Below, in pieces: positions 40,332 through 51,484 of a stretch of 64,000 nucleotides of DNA. The stretch's first letter is position 1. Each line of letters opens with the position of its first letter. The notes beneath the pieces are model-generated. The model made no database searches. It saw only the letters and a program-made list of their open reading frames with translations, and was not told where the DNA came from. This DNA comes from Acidobacteriota bacterium. Its GTDB lineage: Bacteria; Acidobacteriota; UBA6911; RPQK01; JAJDTT01. Made by a program: the position numbers and the translations under genes. The DNA lies in the NCBI GenBank assembly GCA_965263035.1, contig OZ253580.1:288001-352000 (forward strand), in the 5' to 3' direction.

Positions 40332-41954
40332 TCAGCTTCCCAATCGGAAGGAATAGAGCTTCGCGTTCCTGAGCAGGAAGCGGATCTGGATCTTCCGTTC
40401 CTTCAACGAGTTCAGATCCGGTTGACCCTCCCAGCTCATGGTGTGCGACAAGGCGTCGCTTCGGAGCGGTTCGCAGCGGGCGGCCTCGAAGCCGGGCAAG
40501 ACCGAGCCGTTTTCGTCCAGCAACTCGACCCGGACTTCGCCCTGGCCCCCCGGATGTTTCTTCCAGCGGTTCACCTCCCGCCTCCAGACGGAAGGGTCGG
40601 AGGCGTCGGCGTTGACCACGAGACTCCCTCCCCGGCACCAGAGGGTCCGGGTCACGACCTCTCCAGTATCGGCGCCGGCGTCCAGGGAGACGAAGCCGTC
40701 GCGCCGGGCCACCGCCAAGCCGCCCGCGCCGCCGTGCAGAGTCCAGGGCTGGGGCATCACTCCGTACCACCAGGCGGCTCCCTTATAATCGGACAGCGCC
40801 TCTTCGGTCCCCGGAGGCAGCGCTGCAGGCCGGTGGGCCAGGACCGACAGGTCTCCCGGCGTCAGCGAATGGGCCTCGTCCTGCCCCTTGTAGTAGACCC
40901 GGATCTCCTCCTCCAGAACCACCGGCGGGCCGTAGACGTAGATGCCGTGGGAATCGAACCGGTCGGGCATGCCGTAAGTGAGGACGGGATGCCTCTTCCC
41001 CACCCGCTGCCACTCGATCCCGTCCCGGCTGAAGGCCAGTTGGATGTCCACCATGAGGGAATTGGCGTGGTAGACGCTCAGGAACGCAAAGTAGACGCCC
41101 CGATCCTTGAAGACGGAGGCCGTGTAGAACTGGGTGTCCAGCGGATCCTGCTCATCGGGCGCCAGGACGACCTGTTTCTGGGGCAGGTCCCAACTCAGGA
41201 AGTCGGGACTGGTGGACCGGCCGATGACCCGGATGGTGACGTTCCCCATGGCCGCGATGGGAGGGGACGGCAGAGGCCGCAGGAAACCCACGTATTGCTG
41301 GATCCGGTCGTCCCAGATCACCTTCCCGTTGCCGACCTTCTGGTCGATGACGGGGTTCCCCTCGTACGGAGTCCAATGGAGACCGTCGGGGGAGAAGGCC
41401 ACGCCCATGCCCCGGGAGCGGTCCCCGATGCCGATGACCGCCTTGTAGCGCCTCTGGGGATCGGGATCCCGGAGATCGTAGAGGGAGGGCTCATGAACGA
41501 CGGCGTTGTTCTTCAGTCCGTGACCGGGCACCCGGATCAGGCCCAGTTCCGGTTTCTCCCAGACGATTCCGTCTTGCGAAACGGCATAGGCCCGGCCGGC
41601 GCGGGACCGGTCGACGCGCAGGTACTTCTCCCCCGGCTTCTGGTCCCGATCGACGTAGACGTACCACATCTTGTAGAGACGGTCTTTCCGGTCGAAGACG
41701 ACGAAATTGGGCTGAGTGTACTGTCCCTCCCAGGGCCGGTCCGGTCTCACAATGGGGTTCGCGGGATGCTTTTTCAGTGGATTCAGGCGCCGGGTCACCT
41801 GGCGCATCTCCCGGACCACGTGATCGTCCACGAAGAGCTGGAACTGATCGGAGATTTCCAAAGCCTCTTCAGGGGGCGCCCCACCGCCGCACGCGCCCAG
41901 GAGGACGGTAAGGAGGATCCAGGCTTTCCACTTCCCTTCCCGAGTCGTTCTCAC
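40332..41954 (-). CDS. Lipoprotein of the five-bladed beta-propeller glycoside hydrolase-like class (GH32/43/130 clan)
   Basis: Lipobox LGAC; FVDD, repeated S.DG..W boxes, RRDGFVSL, LVVNAD. Confidence 0.7.
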   Translation of the reverse strand: MRTTREGKWKAWILLTVLLGACGGGAPPEEALEISDQFQLFVDDHVVREMRQVTRRLNPLKKHPANPIVRPDRPWEGQYTQPNFVVFDRKDRLYKMWYVYVDRDQKPGEKYLRVDRSRAGRAYAVSQDGIVWEKPELGLIRVPGHGLKNNAVVHEPSLYDLRDPDPQRRYKAVIGIGDRSRGMGVAFSPDGLHWTPYEGNPVIDQKVGNGKVIWDDRIQQYVGFLRPLPSPPIAAMGNVTIRVIGRSTSPDFLSWDLPQKQVVLAPDEQDPLDTQFYTASVFKDRGVYFAFLSVYHANSLMVDIQLAFSRDGIEWQRVGKRHPVLTYGMPDRFDSHGIYVYGPPVVLEEEIRVYYKGQDEAHSLTPGDLSVLAHRPAALPPGTEEALSDYKGAAWWYGVMPQPWTLHGGAGGLAVARRDGFVSLDAGADTGEVVTRTLWCRGGSLVVNADASDPSVWRREVNRWKKHPGGQGEVRVELLDENGSVLPGFEAARCEPLRSDALSHTMSWEGQPDLNSLKERKIQIRFLLRNAKLYSFRLGS

Positions 41955-41984
41955 GGCAGCTCCTTGGAAACGACGCCCTGTGCG

Positions 41985-43478
41985 TCAGGCCAGTATGGGG
42001 CGAACCACCCGGGCGGGGTCGACTCCGGTCAGGCGATTATCCAACCCCTGGTAGCGAAAGGTGAAGCGGTCGTGGTCGATGCCGAAGAGCGAAAGGATGG
42101 TGGCCTGGAAGTCGCGCACATGGACCGGGTCGCGCACGATGTTGTACGCGAAGTCGTCGGTCTCGCCGTGGACGACGCCTCCCCGGATTCCGCCCCCGGC
42201 CATCCAGAGGCTGAAACAGCGGGGATGGTGATCCCGCCCGTAGGTCGTTTCGGTGAGCTTGCCCTGGCAGTAGGCGGTGCGGCCGAACTCTCCGCCCCAG
42301 ATCACCAGGGTGTCCTCCAGGAGCCCCCGCTGCTTCAAGTCCTGGACCAGCCCCCAGCAGCCCTGGTCCACGTCCTTGCACTGGCTGGGAAGGACTTGGG
42401 GCACCTCGCGGTGCACGTCCCATCCCCGATGGTAGATCTGGACGAAGCGGACGTTGCGCTCGGCCAGACGGCGGGCCATCAGGCAACTGTAGGCAAAGGT
42501 GCCGGGGACCTTGGCGTCTTCTCCGTAGAGGCGATAGGTGCTCTCCGGTTCCTTGGAAAGGTCGGTCAGCTCCGGGACCGAGCTCTGCATCCGGAACGCC
42601 ATCTCGTATTGCTCGATCCGGGACAGGGTCTCCGGATCACCGATCTGCTGGTGCTGCAGCCGGTTCATCTCGGCCAGAGAGTCCAGCATCCGGCGGCGAA
42701 TCCGGCTGGGCACGCCGTCAGGATTGTTCACGTACAGCACCGGGTCGCCGGTGGACCTCAGGGAGACCCCGGCGAACCTCGAGGAGAGGAAGCCGGAAGT
42801 CCAAAGCTTGGCCGAGATGGCCTGCACGTTGGCCTTGGGGTGGCTGTGGGAGGCGTTGAGGACCACGAAGGTGGGCAGGTCCCGATTCATGCTGCCCAGT
42901 CCGTAGGCCAGCCAGGAGCCGATGCAGGGCCGTCCCGCCACTTCGCGCCCCGTCTGGATGAAGGTGATGGCCGGCTCGTGATTGATGGCTTCCGTGTGCA
43001 TGGACCGGATGATGGCCAGATCGTCCGCCATGCTGGCCGTGTAAGGAAGAAGCTCCGAGATCCAAGCCCCGCTCTGACCGTGCTGCTGGAACTTGAAGGC
43101 CGACGGAACGATGGGAAACCGCTCCTGTCCCGAGGTCATGGTGGTCAACCGCTGCCCCTTTCGAATCGAGTCGGGCAGGTCCTTGTCCAGCCACTTCTCC
43201 AACTCCGGCTTGTAGTCGAAGGTCTCCATCTGGGGCGGGGCCCCCACCATGTGCAGGTAGATGGCCCGCTTGGCCTGGGGAGCGAAGTGGGGCAGATAGG
43301 GAAGTCCACCCGTCTGATCCAGGGCCGTGGCGCCGGCGGCCGTGGCGTCCTCCCCCAGCAGAGTGGCCAGGGCAGCCAGTCCGAGACCCCGGGCTCCTCG
43401 GGCGAAGAGTTGACGGCGGGTCTCGATTCGAACCGCTTCCTCGGAAAGAATGCCGGGAGGAGTCCAATAGCAGGTCAT
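41985..43478 (-). CDS. DUF1501 domain protein
   Basis: Tat-like [39 protein letters not shown]; ATG overlaps the upstream stop. Confidence 0.9.
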   Translation of the reverse strand: MTCYWTPPGILSEEAVRIETRRQLFARGARGLGLAALATLLGEDATAAGATALDQTGGLPYLPHFAPQAKRAIYLHMVGAPPQMETFDYKPELEKWLDKDLPDSIRKGQRLTTMTSGQERFPIVPSAFKFQQHGQSGAWISELLPYTASMADDLAIIRSMHTEAINHEPAITFIQTGREVAGRPCIGSWLAYGLGSMNRDLPTFVVLNASHSHPKANVQAISAKLWTSGFLSSRFAGVSLRSTGDPVLYVNNPDGVPSRIRRRMLDSLAEMNRLQHQQIGDPETLSRIEQYEMAFRMQSSVPELTDLSKEPESTYRLYGEDAKVPGTFAYSCLMARRLAERNVRFVQIYHRGWDVHREVPQVLPSQCKDVDQGCWGLVQDLKQRGLLEDTLVIWGGEFGRTAYCQGKLTETTYGRDHHPRCFSLWMAGGGIRGGVVHGETDDFAYNIVRDPVHVRDFQATILSLFGIDHDRFTFRYQGLDNRLTGVDPARVVRPILA

Positions 43479-46400
43479 TTGTTCAACACCTCGTCCAGAT
43501 TCATGAGCTGATTGGCCACCATGGTCCAAGCGGCGAACTCGGCCTTGGGCAGGCTCCCGTCGGCTTCGGAATCGCCGACCGAGAGAGCCTTCTCGGCCTG
43601 ATCGGGGTGGCTCCCGTAGTAGCTCAGGTAATCCCGGTAGGCCTTCCCGGCCACCTCTTGTTCCGGTCCATGGAGGGAACGCGCCAGGAGGTGGGAGGCC
43701 AGGAAATCGAGCCGCCGATCCGGACCCGGCGCCGCCTGCATGGCCCGCTGGGCCAAGTGGCGGGCGGCTTCGAAAAACTGGGTCCCGTTGAGCGTCAGCA
43801 GAGCCTGCAAGGGCGTGTTGGTGCGCTCGCGCCGAACCGTGCATTCCTCCCTTGTGGGAGCGTTGAAGACCATCAGTTGAGGCGGAGGCGCGGCCCGCTT
43901 CCAGAAGGTGTAGAGGCTCCTCCGGTAAATGTCAGATCCCGAGTCCTGCTTGTAAAAGCGGGTGTTGCTCCCATCCATGGCCACCGCTTCCCACAGTCCC
44001 TCCGGTTGATAGGTCTTGACGCTGGGTCCGCCGATTCGGCGTTCCAGCAGGCCGCTGGCAGCCAGGACATAGTCCCGCACCATCTCCCCGTCCAACCGAA
44101 AGCGGGGCCCCCGGGAGAAGAGGCGATTTCCCGGATCCTTCTTGATCTTCTCGTCGGTCGCCCGGGCCGACTGCCGGTAGGTGGCCGAATCCAGCATCAG
44201 GCGGAAGAGATGCTTCACGTCCCATCCCGAATCCCGAAACTCCACCGCCAGCCAGTCCAGAAGCTGCGGGTGCGTGGGCGCTTCCCCCTGGGACCCGAAA
44301 TCTTCCGAGGTCCGTACCAGGCCGATCCCGAAGACCTCCTGCCAGAAGCGGTTGACCATGACCCGGCTGGTGAGGGGGTTGTCGTCGTCCACCAGCCATT
44401 GGGCCAACCCCAGCCGATTCCGCGGCAGGTCAGGATCCATGGCGGGCAGGACGCCCGGGGTGGCCGGCCGCACCTCCTCGCCTCTCTGGTCGTACATCCC
44501 CCGGCGGAGAATGTGGGCCATGGGATCGCTGTCCGGGTTCTCCCGCATCACGTGAGTCAGACTGCTCCGGCGAAGGATCGCCCGGCGCTCGTCCTGAAGC
44601 GATTTCAAGTCCCGAGCCGCCTGCCCGAACGCGGCGTTCCGGCGAACCAGAAAATAGGCCCGTAGGGCCTCCCGGTCTCCGGAATCCAACTCCTCCCGAT
44701 CCCGTTTCCGAACGGCGGCCAGCGTATCCCAACGCGCCAACAGCCGGGCTTCCGACTCATCTACCGCCCGGTCCAGAATCTTGAACTGGCGGACCGAACC
44801 GTTCAGAAAGTCGTACTTGCCGGCGGACGGCCGGTCGCCGGCGCCGAGCACCAAAGGCTTGCTGTTCCGGATCGATCCCTCCAGGACCCGGATGGCCCGG
44901 CCGAAGCTCTGGGTGGGGACGACAGCACCGTCGAGGTAGAGGTTCATGCCTGTGCGCTGGCGCAGGCCGTCGTAGGTGACGATCAGGTTGTGCCACTGAT
45001 CCGGCGCCAACTTGTTCTCCTCGACGCCGCGGACCCCCATGTTGCGGCCATCCTTAACCTGCAGGTTCAGCAACGGCCGTTCGCCGACGATCTCAATACT
45101 CCAGCCGCGGTTGTCTTCGTCCGGATCGACCTGCCGGGCAAGGATCATTCGGGAGCCCCCCTTCCGAAACCGGAAGGTCACTGAAACGGTAAAGGGACGG
45201 TCCGCTTCGAGGCCCGGGGAATCCTGGATCTCCACGAAGGAGTCTTCGGGCAACTCCAGGGAGGGGATGGGACCGGACCGGTCGACCCGGGTGGATCCGG
45301 ACAACACCAGTTCTCGTTTCTCCGACCCGACGCGGAGGTGTGGTTCCTCTCCCAGTTCCAGGGAGAAGGTCTGGGAGTCGTCGAAATCATCCAGGTTCAG
45401 ACCGAGGCGCGAGTCCGAGTCCAACCAGAGGAGGAACTCGTTCTCCGCAGCCCGCTCGACCTCGTCCCGCCTGTCCCTGGCGGCCGGCTCCTCCTGCTTC
45501 AATTGATCCCATCGCAGAGTGTCGCTTATGGCCGGGACGATCATCACGGGAGGCGGGTCGAAGACATTTCCGTCCAGAGGTTTCTGGGTCGTATTGCGGA
45601 AGAAGGCGGCCAACGAATAGAAGTCCTTCTGGGTGATGGGATCGAACTTGTGGTCGTGGCAGGTGGCGCACCCGACCGTCAGACCCAGCCAGACCGTTCC
45701 CGTGGTGTCCACGCGGTCCTTGGCATACATGACCTCCACTTCGTCTTTGATGACGCCCCCTTCGTTGGTGGTGATGTTGCAACGATGGAAGCCGGTGGCG
45801 ACGAGTTGCTCCGGCGTCGGGTCGGGCAACAGGTCGCCGGCCAACTGGTCCACCGTGAACTGGTCGAAGGGCAGGTTCCGGTTGAAGGCCCGGATGACCC
45901 AATCCCGGTAGGCCCACATCTCACGGTAGTTGTCGATGTGCAGGCCGTGGGTGTCCCCGTAGCGGGCCGCATCGAGCCAATAGCGCCCCCGGTGCTCCCC
46001 GTAAGCCTGGGACCGCATCCGTCCCGAGATCCACTTGGCGTAGGCATCCGGAGAGGCATCCGCCACGAACTTCGCCACTTCCTCCGGATTGGGGGGCAAA
46101 CCGGTGAGATCCAGGGAAACCCTCCGGGCCAACGTGCGGCGGTCCGCCTCCGCCGCCGGCGTCAATCCCTCCTTCTTGAGACGGGCCAGGACGAAGCGGT
46201 CGATGGGATTGCGAACCCACTCCGGGGTCTGGACCTGGGGCGGACGGGGCCGGGTCAGGGGCGCGAAGGACCAGTGCTCCTCCCACGGCGCCCCCGCCTC
46301 GATCCAGCGCCGCACCACCTGGATCTGATCCTCCGTCAGCTCCTTGTGGGCGTATTTGGGCGGCATCCGCAGGGCGGCATCCGCATGGGTGATGCGTTGG

Positions 46401-46729
46401 TAGATGAGGCTCGACTCCGGGTCCCCCGGCGTGACCGGCGACCCGGTCGGCCGCTTGGAGAAGACTCCGTCTTCCAGGTCCAGCCTCAAATCCGCCAGCC
46501 GGGCCTTGGGGTCCGGGCCGTGGCACTCGAAACAGGCGTCGGAAAGGATGGGGCGCACCTGCGACTGAAAGTCCACGGCCGCCTCGTCCGCAGTCGAGCC
46601 CGCCACGGGGGGCGCGCTCAACACCGCAACACCGGTGAGAACCGCCACAATAACCGCTGGAATCCGTCTGAAACCCAAACCTACAGGCAAGATAGTGCCT
46701 ATTCTACACCGTTCCTCTACTTGTCTCAT
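43475..46729 (-). CDS. Planctomycete cytochrome C / DUF1549 / LamG / DUF1553 (PSD1) protein
   Basis: CFECH and [11 protein letters not shown] heme motifs, [14 protein letters not shown]; start moved to 46729 because 46758+ is IS DNA. Confidence 0.9.
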   Translation of the reverse strand: MRQVEERCRIGTILPVGLGFRRIPAVIVAVLTGVAVLSAPPVAGSTADEAAVDFQSQVRPILSDACFECHGPDPKARLADLRLDLEDGVFSKRPTGSPVTPGDPESSLIYQRITHADAALRMPPKYAHKELTEDQIQVVRRWIEAGAPWEEHWSFAPLTRPRPPQVQTPEWVRNPIDRFVLARLKKEGLTPAAEADRRTLARRVSLDLTGLPPNPEEVAKFVADASPDAYAKWISGRMRSQAYGEHRGRYWLDAARYGDTHGLHIDNYREMWAYRDWVIRAFNRNLPFDQFTVDQLAGDLLPDPTPEQLVATGFHRCNITTNEGGVIKDEVEVMYAKDRVDTTGTVWLGLTVGCATCHDHKFDPITQKDFYSLAAFFRNTTQKPLDGNVFDPPPVMIVPAISDTLRWDQLKQEEPAARDRRDEVERAAENEFLLWLDSDSRLGLNLDDFDDSQTFSLELGEEPHLRVGSEKRELVLSGSTRVDRSGPIPSLELPEDSFVEIQDSPGLEADRPFTVSVTFRFRKGGSRMILARQVDPDEDNRGWSIEIVGERPLLNLQVKDGRNMGVRGVEENKLAPDQWHNLIVTYDGLRQRTGMNLYLDGAVVPTQSFGRAIRVLEGSIRNSKPLVLGAGDRPSAGKYDFLNGSVRQFKILDRAVDESEARLLARWDTLAAVRKRDREELDSGDREALRAYFLVRRNAAFGQAARDLKSLQDERRAILRRSSLTHVMRENPDSDPMAHILRRGMYDQRGEEVRPATPGVLPAMDPDLPRNRLGLAQWLVDDDNPLTSRVMVNRFWQEVFGIGLVRTSEDFGSQGEAPTHPQLLDWLAVEFRDSGWDVKHLFRLMLDSATYRQSARATDEKIKKDPGNRLFSRGPRFRLDGEMVRDYVLAASGLLERRIGGPSVKTYQPEGLWEAVAMDGSNTRFYKQDSGSDIYRRSLYTFWKRAAPPPQLMVFNAPTREECTVRRERTNTPLQALLTLNGTQFFEAARHLAQRAMQAAPGPDRRLDFLASHLLARSLHGPEQEVAGKAYRDYLSYYGSHPDQAEKALSVGDSEADGSLPKAEFAAWTMVANQLMNLDEVLNK

Positions 46730-46810
46730 ATCCCTTGGTAGTGACCGCTGGCTAGGACTGCCCTTTACCCACATATTGCACAGGGCACATTAGCCTGGGT
46801 CTGGTTTCAT

Positions 46811-47674
46811 TCATGTTTCTTCTCGTAGAGCGAAGCCCAGACACATGCCGTAGAGCGTGACGTAACCCTGCCACAGCAGTTGATGCCCGGGTGGGGAGTC
46901 GTGTTTACGAGCCAGATATCCTCCCAGGCGGGCCAGCACGAGCACGGCCGCCCCCAGGTCTTCCGGCGGTGGGTATCGTCGCGACGCGGCAAACGCCCCC
47001 AGGACCCGGATTTCCAGATCGGAAAACAACAATTGCGCCGGCAGGTCCGGGTCCTCTCGCCCCAGCAGCGTCATCAGCATGATCCGCCAGGCAATGACGG
47101 CGTGCATGGCGATGGCCCGTTTCAGACGTTCGGCGGTTTGGTGCTGGAGCTGTTGTACCCGGCATCCGGTCTTGAGCACCCGGAAATAATCCTCCACCCG
47201 CCAGCGCAGCGCATACCATCTCAGCAGTTGCTGCGCCGTCTCGACATCGGTCACCGGCAGGGTGGTGAGCAGGAACCATTCCAGGCGCTTCCCCTGCGCC
47301 GGCGGCGCGACCTCCCGCGCGTGCACCACCGACAGTCTCAGCGAAGGGATGCCGGTTGGGTTCCCGCGCGGCGCCGGAATCGTCAGGGTCTCGTAGCGCA
47401 GTTCCATCCGTGCCACCCGCGCCAGCCGCCGCGGGCGGGCCGCCTGCTTGCTGGCCTTGATCCGCGCACTCTGACGCTTCACCTCCAGCAGCATCCGGGC
47501 CCGCACCGGCGCCGATCGCAGGCGCCCGAACAGCTTCCGCTTCTGCTCCGGGTCCGGATCCGCGCTTTTCCCGGCCGCCTTCGCCCGGGTCTTCCGCTTC
47601 AGCACCCGATCCTGCTTCGCACGCACCAGCAACTCCACCTCCGGAGACGCTCGTTGCTCGGCGAACAGTGCGAA
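46811..47674 (-). pseudogene. C-terminal half of the IS4 (Tn5-like) transposase
   Basis: WFLLTT, Y..RW.VE.YFRVLKTGC (YREK motif), LGGYL.RK.D.PPG. Confidence 0.88.
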
Positions 47675-48247
47675 AAATGAAGGTGTCCCGTTTTCGTGGA
47701 CGGTTTATTAGTGCGGTTTACGTTGGTCTAGGTTGTAATACTCCTTCTGTCGTTGGGGAGCAAGACTTCCTCCCGCTGAATGTCAATGGCCATAGAAAAT
47801 GTCAGGGTGTTGACCATTGACAGAGCGTTCTTTCTTCTGTGGGGGGACTGATGGAGGCGTCAGCAAAAGGGCTCACGTTGTGGGAAATCTCTGATTTTCC
47901 ACAATGGGATACCGCGTAACGAGGGGGCCTCGGCGCTCTCTTTCCAGGGATTTAAGAGTGGTGTGTATCTCTTTGCATCCGGGGGTCTCAGGGGGGCAGC
48001 GCCCCCCTGCCCTCTTCAATCGTGTCGCGCGCGACGCTTGGTGCGACGGTGATGGTGCTGGTTTCGTGGTCGAGCAGCGCGAAAACGAACCGGTTCGTGA
48101 GGCGGCGTCAGTCCTTCTGAGCCTCCCGGCCCGCAGGACCGGCATTGGAGGCAGGAAAGACGACCCCAGCAGGTCATCACTGCACTCGGCGAGAGCACGA
48201 ATCGGGGATCTCGTCGTCCGGATCGAGTTTCGACGACGGCGTGGGTC

Positions 48248-49153
48248 CTACGCTGCCTGCTGCTCGTAGCGGACCGGCGACTCGTAGCCCAGCGCCGAGT
48301 GTCGGCGCCGCCGGTTGTAGAATCCCTCAATGAAGTCGAAGACGGCCCGCCTCGCCTGATTCGGATTCCGGAACTGGTGACAGTCCAGCAACTCGCACTC
48401 TAGCGTCGCGAAGAAGCTCTCGCACATCGCGTTGTCGTAAGCGTCCCCCACCGAGCCCATCGACGGCCGCACCCCGGCCTCCCGGCATCTCTTCCCGAAG
48501 GCAGTCGAGGTGTACTGCGCCCCCTGGTCCGAGTGGTGGATCACCTGCTTCGGCTGCCGCCGTATCACCGCCATGGCGAGCGCCTTTTCGACCAGTTCGG
48601 AGCGCAGATGGGTCTCCATCGCCCAGCCCACAACCAAGCGGCTCCAGGCGTCCAGGACCACGGCCACGTACAACCAGCCCGCCTTCGTGCGGACATACGT
48701 CAGGTCCGCCACCCAGAGCTGATCCGGTCCCTCAGCCGCGAAGTTCCGGTTCACCAGGTCCGGCGCGGGACGGGCGTCCCGGTCCCTCCGGGTGAGCCCG
48801 GCCTTCCGGTGCCTCCGGCTCGCCCCCTGAATCCCGGCTTCCCGCATCAATCGACCGACACGCTTCGGGCTCGTCCGTTCCCCTCGAGCTCTCAGTTCGG
48901 CATGCAGACGAGGCCGACCGTAAACTCTCCGGTTCTCGTTCCAGATCTGCACGATCTTTTCCCGAAGCGCCTGGTCCTGGCGAGCTCGATTCGAGGGCAG
49001 ACGTTTCAACCAGGCGTAGTACCCACTGGGGGAAAGACCCAACACGCGGCACATCACCCGAATCGGAAACTGGGCCCGGTGCGCCTTTACGAACTCGAAT
49101 CCTTTCCGGGGATCGAGTCGCTCTCCCGGGCGAACCAAGCCGCGGCTTTTTTT
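48248..49153 (-). CDS. IS3 transposase OrfB (DDE integrase core), reached by -1 frameshift
   Basis: WVADLTY, HHSDQGAQY, DNAMCESFF, YNRRRRHSALG; slippery A7G at 49146-49153. Confidence 0.9.
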   Translation of the reverse strand, partial: KKSRGLVRPGERLDPRKGFEFVKAHRAQFPIRVMCRVLGLSPSGYYAWLKRLPSNRARQDQALREKIVQIWNENRRVYGRPRLHAELRARGERTSPKRVGRLMREAGIQGASRRHRKAGLTRRDRDARPAPDLVNRNFAAEGPDQLWVADLTYVRTKAGWLYVAVVLDAWSRLVVGWAMETHLRSELVEKALAMAVIRRQPKQVIHHSDQGAQYTSTAFGKRCREAGVRPSMGSVGDAYDNAMCESFFATLECELLDCHQFRNPNQARRAVFDFIEGFYNRRRRHSALGYESPVRYEQQAA

Positions 49154-49401
49154 AGGATGTCCCGCTCCATCCGCAGGCGCTTGATCTCCCGCCTCGCCTG
49201 GCGCAACTCCTGGCGCTCGAACGTCGTCAACCCGTCGCTCCGGTGCCCCTCGTCCAGATCGGCCTGCTTGACCCACTTCCGGATCGCCGAAGCCGAGGGC
49301 TCGAACTCCCGCGCCAGTGCCTCCGGCGATCGCCCCGAGCGCACCAGCCCTACGATCTCCCGCCGGAACTCCGGCGGATACCGTCTCTGCTTTCTTGCCA
49401 T
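49087..49401 (-). CDS. IS3 transposase OrfA
   Basis: RRYPPEFRREIV, HTH, leucine zipper, ERDILKKAAAWF. Confidence 0.9.
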   Translation of the reverse strand: MARKQRRYPPEFRREIVGLVRSGRSPEALAREFEPSASAIRKWVKQADLDEGHRSDGLTTFERQELRQARREIKRLRMERDILKKAAAWFARESDSIPGKDSSS

Positions 49402-49459
49402 CGTGGATCCCTCCTTACTCCCCTACTTTGGAAGTGTCCACGAAAGCGGGTCAACTCCA

Positions 49460-50947
49460 AAAATCCGCCTCCCGGTCCACCACGCTGACCACCCGCACCC
49501 CGTCGAGGGACCGCGACACCTCGGCGCAGTCCCGAAGTCCCTCGATCCAGCGATACGTCTTCTTCTTTTTCCGCGTGGCCGCCGGTCCCGGCTTCGGCGC
49601 GTCCAGCTTCGCCCGCAACACCCCCAGCGGCAGCCCCGTCTCACTCACCACCAGCGTCGCGTGCAGATGCAGTCCCCGCGCCGTCGCTCCCGTCTGGTTG
49701 CGCCCGATCACCCCCAGTCCCTCACACCGGCCGTGCCGCGTGAAGTTCAGATCGCTCCCGTCCTGGATACACAGCACCGTCCGCTGCCCCTGCATCCGCT
49801 GCCGGGTCCGCTCCCGGTGCGGGGCCAGGATGTTGGACACCGTCACCGCCGAGGCTTCCGGCTGGTCGATCAGCCGGTAGTATCCCTTGACCGCCGCCGG
49901 ATCCCCCCGCGCCACTCCCGTGAACGCCCGCCCCGGCTCCTGCGCCTGTCGGTGCGCACTCTCCACCAGTCGCCGACTCAAGCGCCGGTCTCCCAGCGGC
50001 GCCTCACCCAACTCCTGCTGAGCCCAGCCCGCTCCCTCCAGTCCCTCGCCCTCCGACATCGGTTCCACTCCCCGCCTCGGCGCCGGTCCCACTCCCAACC
50101 GCCGACGCCAATCCCGGCACAACTCATACCCATAGATCGCCTTGCTCGTCTCCGCACCCCGGTGCGCCCGATCTTGCCGGCCTCGACCCTGCGTCTGCCC
50201 CAGAACCCTCCAGTTCGTGGCGCGCAAACTGGCCCCATCGTGGCGAGCCGTCTCCACGAAGGTCTCCACCAGCCAGGGACGGTAGCCGTAGCGCGCCTGG
50301 AACTCCGGACCCAGCCGCCGCAACACCTCCCCCAGCACCCGGGAGGCCAGATTACGACACCTCACTGACGGACGGATCAGAAACCGGCTCAGCCCCACCA
50401 CCCGGTGCAGGTGCGCCCGGCGTTGTTCCTCATCCCATCCGATCCAGCGGTCCCGGTCCCGCAACCGCAACGCCGCCGCCCCGAACCCCAAGCCCCCCAG
50501 CCAGCCGTGGGCCGAGCCCACCAGATAGCGTAGTTGAGCACCCACCAACGGCCCCGCGCCCCGTGGATGCTCTCGCGCCATCAACTCGTTCCAGAGCGCT
50601 CGTTGCGGACCCGTCTCCACCAGAATCAACTCCAGCTCCCGCACGCCGTCCACCGTCTCGGGCACCCCGACCGGCTCCGGCACCGCACGGCCCAGTCCTC
50701 GGGGCCCGCAATGTTTCACCCGCCGTCGCGGCGTCGGCAGACGAATCCGTCCGCGCGCCTCCAACTCCCGGAGCGCCTTCAGGCAGCCGCTCCGTTGCGC
50801 CCGCCCTCGGGCATCGTGAAATCCAAACTCCGAGCAGACCCGGTCCGCCAGCGCCGTCCGGTGGGCGAACTTCTCCCGCCTCATCACGGCGTGCAAACGA
50901 TCCAACTCTCGGCTCAAGGTGCGCTTGATCTGGTTCTGAACTACCAT
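49460..50947 (-). pseudogene. N-terminal half of the DUF4338(DruA-like)-IS4 transposase
   Basis: GAQLRYL, RDRWIGW, RFLI.P...C.NLAS, ETFV, NW..LG.T.GRGRQD, then Tn5-like LGD.RL..RL, IQDGS, DREADF. Confidence 0.88.
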
Positions 50948-51217
50948 ATCGTGAAGACTACGACAGGCATTCTTGTTTGTTCAGCACTATTTGTGGGTAT
51001 AGGGCAGGGCGAGCCCGCCGAGTGGTGACGCACTCGACAGGCTCTGAGCTAACTCGTCCTATGCCGGAGGAAGAGCCAGCCTAATATCTATTCTACCTTG
51101 AATGGCTCCCCTGGCTTCAGTCCGGCATAGGACCCCTTACCCAAGTCAGGATCTTCTGACTGTGGAGGATGACGTCCTGCACTTTGCACCAGCGACGCCG
51201 TTGGCTGGCAGAATGAC

Positions 51218-51255
51218 TGGAGTTGACCCGCTTTCGTGGACACATCCAAAGTAGG
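51218..51255 (+). mobile_element. Solo left end of the IS3 element
   Basis: TGGAGTTGACCCGCTTTCGTGGACACATCCAAAGTAGG matches the end at 49459 with one mismatch; no transposase follows. Confidence 0.8.
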
Positions 51256-51484
51256 ATGGTGAGGCGTCAGCACGATCTCTACGAGTGTTCCCTCAAGGTC
51301 CCGAGACTTTCTCTTGTATTCCACAACTTGACCAGTTTGTGAACTTTTTCTCGACCAAGGAACTATAGGTGTGCGCGGCGAGGCGTCGCCAGCGCCATCC
51401 TGACAGGGCTTACAACCGAGCGACGAGTACGACGTTCAACTGATGCGAGGCTCGAGTCCGGGACCGTCGGTGCTGGCTGCTGTA

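Larger units (their letters stand above)
47678..49459 (-). mobile_element. IS3-family insertion sequence (1782 bp) with an extended non-coding 3' region
   Basis: IRs TGGAGTTGACCCGCTTTCGTGGAC / TGAAGGTGTCCCGTTTTCGTGGAC, TG...CA ends, 3-bp TTT target duplication. Confidence 0.92.
46758..51007 (-). mobile_element. IS4-family element with a DUF4338-fused transposase, interrupted by an IS3 element
   Basis: Terminal IRs ctgccctttacccacatattg (46758) and ctgccctatacccacaaatag (reverse complement ending 51007). Confidence 0.88.

Noticed and set aside
39498-43511. 1337-aa plus-strand ORF
   Set aside because: Off-frame to the SSS gene, then antisense to the hydrolase and DUF1501 genes; no motifs; typical shadow ORF of GC-rich codon usage.
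46730-46774. ORF-track start of the PSD1 protein at 46774
   Set aside because: That ATG lies inside the IS4 terminal inverted repeat.
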